This document shows positions 40,228-50,467 of a stretch of 64,000 nucleotides of DNA, piece after piece. Made by a program: the position numbers and the translations under genes. Source of the stretch: an uncultured delta proteobacterium (GTDB lineage Bacteria > Desulfobacterota > Binatia > JACPRU01); NCBI GenBank assembly GCA_963745025.1, contig CAVUWD010000011.1, forward strand, positions 288,001 to 352,000, read 5' to 3'. Under the pieces are notes generated by a model. That model was not told the DNA's origin, ran no database searches, and saw only the letters and a list, made by a program, of their open reading frames with translations. Within the stretch, counting starts at the first letter, position 1, and every line of letters starts with the position of its first letter.

Positions 40228-41567
40228 AGATCACCGACGCGGAAGTCGACCGGATTGCCCGAGCGCTCGGGGATGCACCCAGCGCGGCGTACACGACGCC
40301 GCACGTGTACCCGTGGGCCGTGCAGAACTTCGAATCGCGGCCGCTCGCCGAACGCCCGCAGCCGGCGAACGGCGATCTCCGACTCTACGTCCACATCCCC
40401 TTCTGCAACTACCGCTGTACGTTCTGCTTCTTCGCCGTGCGCGTCGGCGCCAAGCAGCGGGAAATGGAGCGGTACGTGGCCGCGCTCGAGCGAGAGCTCG
40501 AGTGGGTCGCGCCGGGGACCTCGCTCTCACAGTTGTTCATCGGCGGGGGCACGCCGACCTCTCTGCCCTCCGATCTTCTCGCGGCCCTTCTCGCCGCGAT
40601 CTTCGCGCGTATGACGTCATCCGGCGAGCGCCCTCACACCGTGGAGGCGTCCCCGGAATCGATCCGTGAGGCACACCTGCGCGCGCTGCAGGATCACGGC
40701 GTCGGCCGGGTGAGCATGGGCATCGAGAGCCTTGACGACGCGGTGTTGGACGCCGTGCGCCGCCGCCACAGCCCCGCCCAGACGCTCGAGGCGTGCCGGA
40801 TGGTCGTGGAGAGCGGCGTCGCCTTGAACGTCGACCTCATCTACGGCCTTCCCGGTCAGACGGAGGCGAGCTTCCAGCGCGATCTCGAAGCGGTCGCCGC
40901 CGCTGGGGTTCACTCGCTCTGCTTGTACGTCTTGCGACTCAACGAGCACACGCCGGTCGCAGCGCGGCTCGCCGCCGAGGAGCGACTCGACCTGAAGCGG
41001 CTGATGCGCTGGCGCGCGTTCGTGACCCGCGCCGCCGAGGAGCTCGGATTCGAGCAGACGCGTTGCTTCATGTTTGAGCGCCGTCCCACGACCCGGCCGG
41101 AGCAGTCGCCGACCTCCGCGGCCGCCGGCACGGTCGACCAACTCGGCATCGGCATGAGCGCACGCTCCCAGCTCGGCGACGTCGTCTATCGCAACCACGA
41201 GCGATCTGAAACCTACCTGCAGCGGGTGGAGCGGAGCCTGAGCCCCGTCGAGACGGTGTTCCACCTGGACGTCGCCGACCGCAAGACGCAGTTCGTCGCG
41301 GGCTCCCTCGGTTGCGGCAAAGCGCTCTCGCGCGTCGCCTACGAGCACGCGTTCGGCGCTTCGATCGACACCGACTTCGGCGAGCTGCTCGAGCGCCTCC
41401 GCCACGCGGAGCTGATCGAGGACGACGGCGCGCGGGTCGTGCTGACCGAGCCGGGAAAGCTCGTCTACGACCGCGTGCTGCTCTGCTTCTACCCTGAGCG
41501 CGCCAAGCGGTGGCTGCGAGACTGGGCCGCCGGGCCGAGGGATCACCGCAGCGAGCCGCGACGGTGA
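40224..41567 (+). CDS. HemN-like (class C) radical SAM enzyme, copy A
   Basis: LYVHIPFCNYRCTFC, GGGTPT, RVSMGIES, DLIYGLPGQT, LGIGMSA. Confidence 0.9.
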   Translation: MKITDAEVDRIARALGDAPSAAYTTPHVYPWAVQNFESRPLAERPQPANGDLRLYVHIPFCNYRCTFCFFAVRVGAKQREMERYVAALERELEWVAPGTSLSQLFIGGGTPTSLPSDLLAALLAAIFARMTSSGERPHTVEASPESIREAHLRALQDHGVGRVSMGIESLDDAVLDAVRRRHSPAQTLEACRMVVESGVALNVDLIYGLPGQTEASFQRDLEAVAAAGVHSLCLYVLRLNEHTPVAARLAAEERLDLKRLMRWRAFVTRAAEELGFEQTRCFMFERRPTTRPEQSPTSAAAGTVDQLGIGMSARSQLGDVVYRNHERSETYLQRVERSLSPVETVFHLDVADRKTQFVAGSLGCGKALSRVAYEHAFGASIDTDFGELLERLRHAELIEDDGARVVLTEPGKLVYDRVLLCFYPERAKRWLRDWAAGPRDHRSEPRR

Positions 41568-41791
41568 CCCGACCACTGGCACTGCTTGAGGCGGTACGCG
41601 CGCTGCGAAGTAAAGACGGCATGGATCTCGCGCCCGAGCTCGGTGCCATCCACGAGCTTTCCCGCGTGCGCAAGGAAAGTTACGTGATACGCCAACACGT
41701 CGTGCGCCTCGCGAGCTACTACACGCAGAAGAAGTTGACGGGCATTATTGCCCCGCTACCGACCGACCCGAAACCGAGGGGCGACGGCTGA
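41564..41791 (+). CDS. Hypothetical 75-aa ORF overlapping the rSAM stop
   Basis: GTGA overlap at 41564-41567; no motif; may be a remnant. Confidence 0.3.
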   Translation: MTRPLALLEAVRALRSKDGMDLAPELGAIHELSRVRKESYVIRQHVVRLASYYTQKKLTGIIAPLPTDPKPRGDG

Positions 41792-41866
41792 TCTCCGCGT
41801 AGCGGGAGGAGAGGACAGGGTCGTTCTGTGGAGGAGCCCGTGGCGCAAGCGTGCTGCCGCTTCGCG

Positions 41867-43600
41867 ATGCGCGACCGGCTCCTCGCCGTCGCATCGTACA
41901 CGATCGTCGCGCTAGTCTGCCTCGCTCGGCTCGACGGCGTGTTCACGTTCCGCGACCTCACCTCGACCGACACGGAACTATACTACCGCGCCGCATCGAC
42001 GTGGCTCGGCCAAGGGCTCCTCACCGTCGATCGCGCGCCGCTATACGCGGTGCTTCTTGCCGTCGCGCGAATGGTGATCGACGACGCCACCATCGTCATT
42101 CCCGCTCACCGCGTAATCGCGGCGCTCGCGCTGGCTCTCGCCGGGCACGCGTTCTTCCGGCGCCTGTTCCCAGCCCCGATCGCGCTGGTGCTCGCGACAT
42201 GGGCTGCCTTAGTTCCCACGCAGTTCGACGGCCTCTATGAGGTTCATCTCGTCGGCGCCGCGGCTTGCGCGATCACCGCGTGGGTTGCGACGTACGGCGA
42301 GCGGCGAAGCGCTCGCGGCGCCGTCCTCGGGCTGCTGCTGATCTTCTCTCTCATCCGCTCCGAGCTCCTGGCGGCGGCGGTCGCCTGGGGGGCCGCTTGT
42401 GCCTTCTACGAGTTCCGCCTGCGGCGCTCGAACGGCGCGAGCCCCGGGTCCGTCCTCCTGCCCTTCCTGCTTCCCCCGCTCGCCTTGGCCGTCGTGCTCT
42501 CCATCACCTTCGCCGCCGGCGGGTGGGCACCGAGATTCCGCACGCCCAAGACCACGCGGCACTTCTGCAACGCCTACGCGCTTGGTGTCGCGGAGCGTGA
42601 GGGCCTGCCACGCCGCGCTACGTGGGTCGGATGCAAGCGAATCTTGCTGCGCGATTTCGGGCGCGCCGACGTGGGACCCTTCGGAGCACTGACGGCATCG
42701 CCGCGAGCGATGCTTGGCCACTTCGCCTGGAACCTCCGACTGCTGCCGGCCACGCTGGAGCTGCTACTGTGGGGAGCGACCGGGGCCGCCGAGGGCTCGG
42801 ATTACGTTCCGATACCCACGGGCTCGCTCGTGGCGCGCGGCGCGAGTGTCGTGCTCATCGCGCTCGTCGTCGCTGGTTCCATCCGCCTACGCCCGCCAAT
42901 CGACCCCCGCTTGGAGGCGCGCCGCCATTGGGGCTTCATCGGCCTCGGAGCGCTCCTCGCCACGTCGTTCGTCGTCTTGGTCGCCTCGCGAGCGCGCGCC
43001 CCGTATCTCGCGCCTGTCGGGATTGGCATGTTCGCACTCGTCGGCAGAGCACTCGAAGCGCTTTGGCCGGCGGCGCGCTCGAGACGGGCCGAACTCGCCG
43101 TGATCGGCCTCGTCCTCTGCGCGGTACCGTTCGTACCGGCTCGCTACGACGCAGCGTACCAAACACCCAACGATGCCCTCAATCAGGCGCCAGCATCCGA
43201 GGTTGGCGGGGGGCAGCCGACCGCGATCGCGGTGCGACGCCTCAACCGCAATCGCGACGAACTCGCTTCGGAGTCCGTGCGGCTCGCTGCGGCGCTCCGG
43301 CCGACGGCCCTTTGCTGCTACCTCTCCTCGAGCAAGGGAATCTGCGCCGGGGTACGGGTCGGTGCGCTGCTCACTATAGAAGATCCCGCGCTCCTCGATC
43401 GAGAGATCCGGAGGCTTGGAACCACGCACTTCTACGTCGACGAACGCCCGACCGCACGCGCGGCGAAGGAACTCGAGAGCGCCGGGCTCGGATGGACGAG
43501 GGTCGCGCCCGCGGACCGCCGCGAGCCATGGGTCCTCTTGCGCGCGGAGCCTCGCGCCCTCCAACGGGCCCCTGCAACGACACCGCTTCACACGGAGTGA
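41867..43600 (+). CDS. Polytopic membrane protein, GT-C-like
   Basis: Many TM segments, N-terminal loop DLTSTDTELYY/APLY, soluble C-terminal tail. Confidence 0.65.
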   Translation: MRDRLLAVASYTIVALVCLARLDGVFTFRDLTSTDTELYYRAASTWLGQGLLTVDRAPLYAVLLAVARMVIDDATIVIPAHRVIAALALALAGHAFFRRLFPAPIALVLATWAALVPTQFDGLYEVHLVGAAACAITAWVATYGERRSARGAVLGLLLIFSLIRSELLAAAVAWGAACAFYEFRLRRSNGASPGSVLLPFLLPPLALAVVLSITFAAGGWAPRFRTPKTTRHFCNAYALGVAEREGLPRRATWVGCKRILLRDFGRADVGPFGALTASPRAMLGHFAWNLRLLPATLELLLWGATGAAEGSDYVPIPTGSLVARGASVVLIALVVAGSIRLRPPIDPRLEARRHWGFIGLGALLATSFVVLVASRARAPYLAPVGIGMFALVGRALEALWPAARSRRAELAVIGLVLCAVPFVPARYDAAYQTPNDALNQAPASEVGGGQPTAIAVRRLNRNRDELASESVRLAAALRPTALCCYLSSSKGICAGVRVGALLTIEDPALLDREIRRLGTTHFYVDERPTARAAKELESAGLGWTRVAPADRREPWVLLRAEPRALQRAPATTPLHTE

Positions 43601-43661
43601 TCTACCCGTAGTGCCGACGGAGATCCCAGCGAGCGCAGGCCCGATTCTGGATAGCCGCCCG

Positions 43662-45191
43662 ATGAGTCCCACGACGCGCGCCGCGGGGCGCCTGGACGCC
43701 CTGGTGTGGATGGGGTTCATCGTCGCCACATTCACGCGGGTGACGTGGTTGACGTCGAAGCCCTTCTGGCGAGATGAAGCGTGGGGCGCGTTGCTCGCCG
43801 GCGAGCCGCTCCATAACGTGATCAGGGATGTGCGGCCGATTCCGGTCGGGTTCGTTGCGCTCACGAAGCTCGCCGCCTTGCTGCCCGCATTGCCGCCCGA
43901 GGTCGCGTTTCGTCTGCCGCCGCTGCTGGGCGGCTTGGCGGCACTCCCTTGCATAGTTGGCCTCGCGCGCGCGCTGGGCGCGCCGCAGACCGTGGCCGTG
44001 ACGGCACTGTGGTTGGCCGCGGGCATGCCGGCGCTGATTTATTATTCGCGAGAGCTAAAGTCGTACGGTTTCGATTTTCTGCTTGCCGCCGCGTTACCCT
44101 GGCTGACTGTTCGCCTGTTTGGGCGCGACGGGGACGCACACGGTGGCGACAGGGGCACGACGGCGGGGATCTTGTGCGCGCTCTTGGTCGCCGGCCCGTG
44201 GATCACGTTCGGGGCAGTCTTTCCGATCACGGTCATCTTGGCATGGGGATGGCTCGTGTGGTGGCGCAGCGCGGATCGCGCGACGCGTGCGCGGTGGGCT
44301 ACCGCATCGTTCCTGTTCGGCGTCTCATTCGCCGTCGCCTACATGGTGGCGCTCCGGCGGCAAGCGGCGAGTCCACGCCTGCACAGTTTCTGGCATTCGT
44401 GGTTGTTTACGATCGGCGGCTTACCGACGCCGCTCCAGACTACAGAGGCCTGCGGGCGATACTTCACCATCTCGCTGCGCTATCTCTTCCCTGGCGTGTG
44501 GCCATGCGCGATCGTGCTCGCGATGATCGGCTCGTGGGCGTGGCCGCGCCGGCTGCGAGGCTTTCTGCTGTGCCTTTGCGTCGGCACGGCGGGGGCCACC
44601 GTGGCCGCCGCGCTCGCGAATCGGTATCTGCTCGCCCACGGACGGCTGCTGCTGTTCGCGGCGCCACCGTACATCTTATTGGTGGCGGCGGGGTTGGTGG
44701 AGGTCGGTCGCTGGGTGTCATGTCAGCGGGGCAACTGGATCGGCGTGGCGATCGCGGTGATGGTGTCGCTCGTCTGGTGCTCGGCGTCGGTGCTCCATCG
44801 CATCGGCCTCTATCACGGCGAGGGGAGACACCACTTTCTCTACGACACGCTCCACGACGTGGAGCCGCTGATCGCGTATGCGGCGGAGGCCGCAGCCTCC
44901 GGCGATGCCGTGCTTGCGTCGAACCGCACTGCGTACCAGTTCCGGTTCTACGCCCACGGTCGATTGCCCGACGCCACCGTGTGTTTGTGGTACCAATGCC
45001 AGACCCGGCCGACCCAGTTGCTCCAGCAATGGTTGCTGACGGTCCAGGCGCGTGGCTGGCTATTCTTACTGGATGACGAGGCTGACGCGTTGGCGGCGCT
45101 GATCGATCCGGTGCAGTTTGATCGGCAGGCAGTTGCGCTCACGCGCGGTGCGCAACTGTGGCAGATCACGCGCCGCAGCAACGGACCTTGA
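43662..45191 (+). CDS. GT-C superfamily (PMT/ArnT-like) membrane glycosyltransferase
   Basis: FWRDEAW acidic loop motif, FRLPPLLGG, YYSRELKSY, many TM helices. Confidence 0.75.
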   Translation: MSPTTRAAGRLDALVWMGFIVATFTRVTWLTSKPFWRDEAWGALLAGEPLHNVIRDVRPIPVGFVALTKLAALLPALPPEVAFRLPPLLGGLAALPCIVGLARALGAPQTVAVTALWLAAGMPALIYYSRELKSYGFDFLLAAALPWLTVRLFGRDGDAHGGDRGTTAGILCALLVAGPWITFGAVFPITVILAWGWLVWWRSADRATRARWATASFLFGVSFAVAYMVALRRQAASPRLHSFWHSWLFTIGGLPTPLQTTEACGRYFTISLRYLFPGVWPCAIVLAMIGSWAWPRRLRGFLLCLCVGTAGATVAAALANRYLLAHGRLLLFAAPPYILLVAAGLVEVGRWVSCQRGNWIGVAIAVMVSLVWCSASVLHRIGLYHGEGRHHFLYDTLHDVEPLIAYAAEAAASGDAVLASNRTAYQFRFYAHGRLPDATVCLWYQCQTRPTQLLQQWLLTVQARGWLFLLDDEADALAALIDPVQFDRQAVALTRGAQLWQITRRSNGP

Positions 45192-45680
45192 CACGCTCGA
45201 GGCGCGCATGGGGCAGGTGCAGCAGCGGGGCAAAGCGCACTCGTGACCGCGTCTCTTAGCGTGCCCCCGCTGCGAGGGGGGTACGACGGTCGAGGGTCGC
45301 GGACATCGTCCCTCGTCTCCCGAGCGCTCTTCGCCGCGCGCTCTCGCTCAGGCGTCTCCCCCGAACGGTGTAGGCGTCCTTGATCAGTAGGAACCCGCTC
45401 GTCCGACCCTCCTCTTTGCTGTTTCCCAGGCAATTCGACTGGTCCATGTCCTGCATGATCCGAAGTAGCGATGACCGATCCCGCAGTTCAGCCAACAGTT
45501 AGAGACGGCGCGTCGAGGTCTCCGCCGGGCTTACGCAGTGTCGCTTCCGCGGTGGTGCGATAGACGTCCGGCTCTGATCGATCTCGACAAGCCGCGCTTT
45601 GCAACCGGTGCGCACGCTCGATCGCTCGATACCGCCGCTCGATTGGATTTGCGTTCCGCTTGAGTTAGAGATCGAGTGTC

Positions 45681-46022
45681 TTGAACAGATCTGCTTCTTC
45701 GCCGAACCATGGCCGGCGTGTCAGTCCCGTGGAGTTCGAGACGCAGCTCGCGGGACCCTTCACCGCCGCTCTTCGCTCGAACGACCGAGCAACAGCGGAG
45801 TGGCTCATCGAGTTCCTCCATTCGTGGTTCGTGCCCTCCGCGAGGGCGGGCGCGATCCAGGTGTCGGTTTCGAACGCGGAAGATTCTGATACCGAGCTCT
45901 CCGACGAGGTCGCCGGCGCATCGCGAGAGGTCGAGGACGTGCTCGATCGATACGTCGATGCCTCGGTTGCGTTGCTTCGCCGTTTCGCCGAGGGCAAGAG
46001 CCTCGCGTATCCGGTGCCATGA
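45681..46022 (+). pseudogene. In-frame mosaic remnant of the HprK-like and APH kinase genes
   Basis: Four joined pieces: HprK N-terminus, EVAGAS (36934-36950), SREVEDVLDR (37360-37390), VDASVALLRRFAEG.SLA (38131-38200). Confidence 0.88.
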
Positions 46023-47236
46023 CCAGGTCCATCGTGGTCTTGTGCATGGGAGGGACCGGGCACGTGCAAGCCCTCCTCCCGTTGATTTCCGGGCTCGCCT
46101 CTCGCGGCTGCATCGTGCACGTGATGACCCGCGGCGACTTCCGCGCCCACGTCGAGGGAGTGGGTGCGCGCTTCGTCGATCTCTACGCACGCCGCCCGCT
46201 CGAGGCAGCGGATGCGACGTCGATGCCGTTCCCAAGCCGATTCGTCACCTTCGCCGCGACGTACGCCGAAAGCCTGGCCGAGGAGGTCGGCGCGCTCACC
46301 CCGGCATTGATCGTCTACGACACCTTCACGGTTGCAGGTCCGGTGGCGGCGCAGCGGCTCGGCATTCCGTATGTCAACTTCTGCTCGAACCACGCGCCGG
46401 TTCCGGCCCGCATGATCGCGGCCTTGAGGCGCGACCCCCGCGTCGCCATTTCCGCCGAGTGCCGCGCGGCCGTGCGGTGCCTCCGGGAAGTTCACGGGAT
46501 GAGTGGCGCCAATCCGTTTTCATACTACGAGGCGTTGAGTCCGTACTTGAACGTGTACGCGGAGCCGGAGGAGTTCCTCGAGCCAGACGAGCGCGCCGCC
46601 TTCGAGCCGATCGCCTTCTTCGGGTCGCTCCTGCCGCCGGCATCACGAAACGCCCCGGTTATCGGAGCGTTCCCGCGCAGCCGGGACGGAAGAAAAGTCT
46701 ACGTTTCGTTCGGCACGGGTGTCTGGCGGTATTTCGCAACCGTCGCCCTCGCCGCGTTGAAGGCCGTCTCCGATGCCCTTGCGAACCACGATGCGGCCGT
46801 CCTCGTGAGTCTTGGCGGGAGCGACGTCGCGGCGGATGCCCGCGGCGAGCTCGTACGGTCGAACGTCCGCATCGTCGACTACGCCGATCAGTGGGCGGCG
46901 CTCGAGGAGGCCGACCTCTTCATCACCCACCACGGAACCAACTCGACCCACGAATCGATCTTCCACGAAGTTCCCATGCTCTCGTACCCCTTCTTCGGCG
47001 ATCAACCGGCGCTCGCTCGGCGCTGCCAGGAGCTCGGCCTGGCCGTTCCGCTGACTGCCGAGCCGCAAACCCCGGTCACCCCCGAAGCGCTGCTCGCGGC
47101 GTTGCGGCGGGTCGCCGACGAGCAAGACCGCTTTGCGGCCCGCTTATCCGAGGCGCGGTCGTGGGAGCTTCGTACGATCGCCGATCGCGGAGCCGTCCTC
47201 GATCGCATCCTCTCGTGCACTTCGGCGTCCGCTTGA
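46019..47236 (+). CDS. GT1 (MGT/UDP-glycosyltransferase) family, copy B (intact)
   Basis: GHV, VYVSFGT, DQWAALEEADLFITHHGTNSTHE, FGDQ. Confidence 0.92.
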   Translation: MTRSIVVLCMGGTGHVQALLPLISGLASRGCIVHVMTRGDFRAHVEGVGARFVDLYARRPLEAADATSMPFPSRFVTFAATYAESLAEEVGALTPALIVYDTFTVAGPVAAQRLGIPYVNFCSNHAPVPARMIAALRRDPRVAISAECRAAVRCLREVHGMSGANPFSYYEALSPYLNVYAEPEEFLEPDERAAFEPIAFFGSLLPPASRNAPVIGAFPRSRDGRKVYVSFGTGVWRYFATVALAALKAVSDALANHDAAVLVSLGGSDVAADARGELVRSNVRIVDYADQWAALEEADLFITHHGTNSTHESIFHEVPMLSYPFFGDQPALARRCQELGLAVPLTAEPQTPVTPEALLAALRRVADEQDRFAARLSEARSWELRTIADRGAVLDRILSCTSASA

Positions 47237-47242
47237 GCTCGA

Positions 47243-48778
47243 TCACTGCGCCGGAGTCTCCCGGCGAAGCCTCTCGAAGTCGATCTTGCCCCTCGAGGTT
47301 CGGGGAAGCGCAGCGTGGAACGCGAAGCGCTCCGGGATCATGTAGGGCGGGAGCTTCACGGCGCAGAACTCCTTCAGCTCGACCACCGAGACGCGCGTAC
47401 CGCTCACGTGGGCCACGAGCTCGAGCCCACGCGAACCGTCGACCGCGACCACGACGGCTTCCTTGATCGCCGGGTGCTCGTAGAGGCGCGTCTCGATCTC
47501 GCCGGGCTCGACGCGATAGCCGCGGAGCTTCACCATGCGCCCGATGCGCCCGGCGTAGCGGAGGTCGCCGGTCGGCAGCTCGACCACCAGGTCGCCGGTG
47601 CGATACCACGGCAGCCCTCCGTCCGCGGCCGGGAGCAGGCGCTCGGCGTTCAGCGCGGGCTGATTCAGATATCCGGTCGTCAGACCCTCGCCGCGGAGTT
47701 GGAGCTCGCCGATCGTTCCCGCGGAAACGACCTCGCCCTGGACTCCGACGACGCGCGCTTCGTAGTGCTCGGACGGGCGGCCGATCGGAGGAGGACCGTC
47801 GAACTCCGCGTCGCGAGGAATCTCGTAGTAGGTGGCGATGTTCGTCTCGGTCGATCCCCAGCAATTGAAGTAACGGGGGTGGGGAAGCCGGCGTCGAAGC
47901 GTCGTCAAGTGGGGCGCCGGAAACACCTCGCCGCCGAACACAACGAGCCGAAGGGCGGAGAGATCGCGTGACTCCAGATCGTCGAGCGCGGCGATCCGCG
48001 ACAGGATCGAGGGAGTCGCGAACAAGATCGTCACTCGCTCCCGGCTGATCAGATCGACAACGTGCCGCGCGAACTGGCGAACCTCGTCGGGAACCAAGAC
48101 CAGCGGCGCGCCGCAGGTCGAGCTCGAGTAGATGTCGAACAGCGACATGGCGAAGTGAAACGGCGCATGGTTGGCGAACACGTCGCGCTCGCCGATTCCG
48201 AACAGGCGATGGCTCCACCGCGCGAACGCGGCGATCGCCGCTCGGCTCATCATCCACCCCTTGTGACGGCCGGTGGTGCCCGACGTGTAGAGAATACAGG
48301 CGATCCCGGACTGCGCGGACGCGCGCTTCGCCCGAAGCTCGGGAGCGAACTCGGCAGGGTCGGGCGCCCACTCGCGGATGGCGCGCCCCAGCCCCACGGA
48401 CGCGATCGGATGGACGTCGACCGATCCGCCGAGCCGCTGCGTCGCCTGCCGATATCCCGCCTCGAAGCGCTCCTCGACGATCGTCAGGCGCACGCCGCAG
48501 TCGGTGTGAATTTCGGCATTGCGCTCGACCGGAGCCCCGGGGTCGACGGGCACATAGGTGCAACCGGCGCGAAGCGTTCCCAGCATCGCGGCGATCGCGT
48601 CGCACGAGCGACGGACGTAGAGACCGATGCGGGCGCCCGGCTCGACGTCCAGCCGACACAATCGAGCGGCGACGCCATCCGCGAGTCGATCGAGATCCGC
48701 GTACGAGACGCTTCCGCGCCCCGGTTCGATCACCGCGGGCCGACCGTCCGCCGCTGCGAGCGAGCCGAGACGGGTCAT
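47243..48778 (-). CDS. Stand-alone adenylation enzyme (DltA/NRPS A-domain-like)
   Basis: YTSGTTGRHKG, FGGE, WGSTETN, WYRTGD, GRIGRMVKLRGYRVEPGEIE, LPPYMIP, GKID. Confidence 0.92.
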   Translation of the reverse strand: MTRLGSLAAADGRPAVIEPGRGSVSYADLDRLADGVAARLCRLDVEPGARIGLYVRRSCDAIAAMLGTLRAGCTYVPVDPGAPVERNAEIHTDCGVRLTIVEERFEAGYRQATQRLGGSVDVHPIASVGLGRAIREWAPDPAEFAPELRAKRASAQSGIACILYTSGTTGRHKGWMMSRAAIAAFARWSHRLFGIGERDVFANHAPFHFAMSLFDIYSSSTCGAPLVLVPDEVRQFARHVVDLISRERVTILFATPSILSRIAALDDLESRDLSALRLVVFGGEVFPAPHLTTLRRRLPHPRYFNCWGSTETNIATYYEIPRDAEFDGPPPIGRPSEHYEARVVGVQGEVVSAGTIGELQLRGEGLTTGYLNQPALNAERLLPAADGGLPWYRTGDLVVELPTGDLRYAGRIGRMVKLRGYRVEPGEIETRLYEHPAIKEAVVVAVDGSRGLELVAHVSGTRVSVVELKEFCAVKLPPYMIPERFAFHAALPRTSRGKIDFERLRRETPAQ

Positions 48779-48787
48779 CCGTGGCGG

Positions 48788-49061
48788 CTAGCCGAGCGCG
48801 GAGCCCTTCCCCGCTCGACTCATGACGAGATCGGCCAACAGCTCGACGGTATCCATGCGACCGACGCGAATGTCCTCGGGCTCGAGGGTCAACGAGAACT
48901 CGCTCCTCGAGGAAGGTGACGAGCTCGAGCATCGACACCGACGTCATGACTCCGCTGCTGATGAGCAACGTCGAGTCCTGGAGCGTTTCCACTGCTTCGC
49001 CCGGGAGGAAGTTGGCGAGGATGAAGGAGCGAATCGTTTGCCGAATTTCCTCGCGCGTCAT
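48788..49061 (-). CDS. Carrier protein copy B, one extra base (frameshift)
   Basis: 274 nt against 273 nt in copy A; extra C near 48901. Confidence 0.85.
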
Positions 49062-49121
49062 CACCGATCACCCGTTGCCGTTCGAACGCCGCAGGAAGCT
49101 AGTTCTGCGACCTGCATCCTG

Positions 49122-50438
49122 TCAACGCTTCCACCAGTCCGGGCGGAGCCCCTTCACGAGCGCGGACATCGCCAGCTCGACTTCGTCTTGATGTGCTCCG
49201 GCACCTCGACGGGAAGAAAGGCGCGGAACATCACGTCCTCGTCTCCGGTCAGTCCCGGCAGCCCCTCGCCTCGCACGCCGTATCCCTTGCGCGCGCCCGG
49301 CAGGGTGATCTTGCGGTTCTTCTGCGGATCGCGAATCACGCCTTGCGGATCGCCTCCCGCGGCGACGATTCTCGCTTGCTCGAGCAGCTTCTCGCGAAAC
49401 ATGATGATGCCCCGGTCCGTCTCGCCGAGGTGCTCCCGGGTTCGATCGACGAGCGGGCCCGGCCCGAGCCAGCTCGCGTAGTCCTGGCTCACGAGGTGGC
49501 TGCCGAAGTCCTCGGTCGGTCCCGCTTCCGGCTCGAGGCTCGCGTGCTTGCGGTAGACGGGGACGCGCTCCTGCTCGACCCTCGGCTTCGGCGGGATCAT
49601 CACCTGCCCGTAGCGGCGTCTTCCAGCTGGTGATCGTCAGTCGATACACCATGATCGTCCGTGCATCGTCGACCGGAACGACCCAGGTCAGATACCAGCC
49701 TTGCCCGCCCGCGCCGTCGACGTTCGGAAACAGCACCGTTCGATCCGCCAGCCATCGATCGGAGCCTTCGAGCTTTCGCTGGAAGACCACCCCGTACTCG
49801 AAGTCCAGCCAGCGAAACGCGGTGTGACGCGGACGCCGGGCCGGAACCTCGCGGCCATGGAGGCGATAGGACCAGCGATCGTGAAGCCACTCGATGTGGA
49901 CGGGATCGTAGAAGCCTTCCATGACCTGAACCCAGTTGCAGGGCAGGTGCAAGAAGGAGACGACCGTGTACCCCGGGCTGTAGAAGCCCGCCCAGTCGGG
50001 CAGCAACGAGGCGGGGTCGGGACCGAGGTACGCCCACAGGAGCCCCGCCTTCGCCTGCACCGGATAGGCGCGCGTGCGGATTCGCTCCTTGAACGTCGGT
50101 TCCCGGATTCACCGTCTCTTCGAACGGCTGCTCGAGACAGCGGCCCGCCTCGTCGAAGCGCCAGCCGTGGTAGCTGCAACGGATCCCGCATTCCTCGACC
50201 ATCCCGTACGAGAGGTCGAACTGGCGATGCGGGCAGCGGCGCTCGAGCAGACCGTAGGTGCCACGCTTGTCCCGGTAGAGGACGAGATCCTCGCCGAGCA
50301 CTCGCACCGGGCCGGATCGGCCGTCTCGGCGAGCTCGTCGACCGCCGCGATCGGCATCCAGTAGCGCCGCAGAAGCTCGCCGACGGGAGTGCCCGCGCCG
50401 ACCTGCGACAGCGTCTTGGCGTCCTCTCGATTGAGCAT
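49122..50438 (-). CDS. Rieske non-heme iron oxygenase (phthalate dioxygenase-like), about 4 frameshifts
   Basis: GELLRRYW.PI, CPHR...CSYHGW Rieske motif, EGFYDPVHIEWLH, QD, EHLGETDRGII. Confidence 0.88.
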
Positions 50439-50467
50439 TGCGCCTCTTACCATAGCCTCCGCCACAA

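Larger units (their letters stand above)
36140..41550 (+). repeat. Copy A of a tandemly duplicated biosynthetic cluster
   Basis: Segments align to 45625-54300; for example 39006-39428 with 48787-49209 and 39431-41530 with 51858-54275. Confidence 0.92.

Noticed and set aside
39663-41567. Apparent 634-aa SDR-radical SAM fusion
   Set aside because: Arises from deletions plus one extra G at 40210; the N-terminal part is off-frame and the Rossmann motif is not in this frame, so a functional fusion is unsupported.
45245-45512. MITE bounded by CGTCTCT/AGAGACG
   Set aside because: Only 7 bp of inverted match, no target-site duplication and no second copy in the window.
47076-49064. Apparent 662-aa carrier-protein fusion
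   Set aside because: Produced by a single extra base in carrier copy B; the rest is an off-frame read of the adenylation gene.
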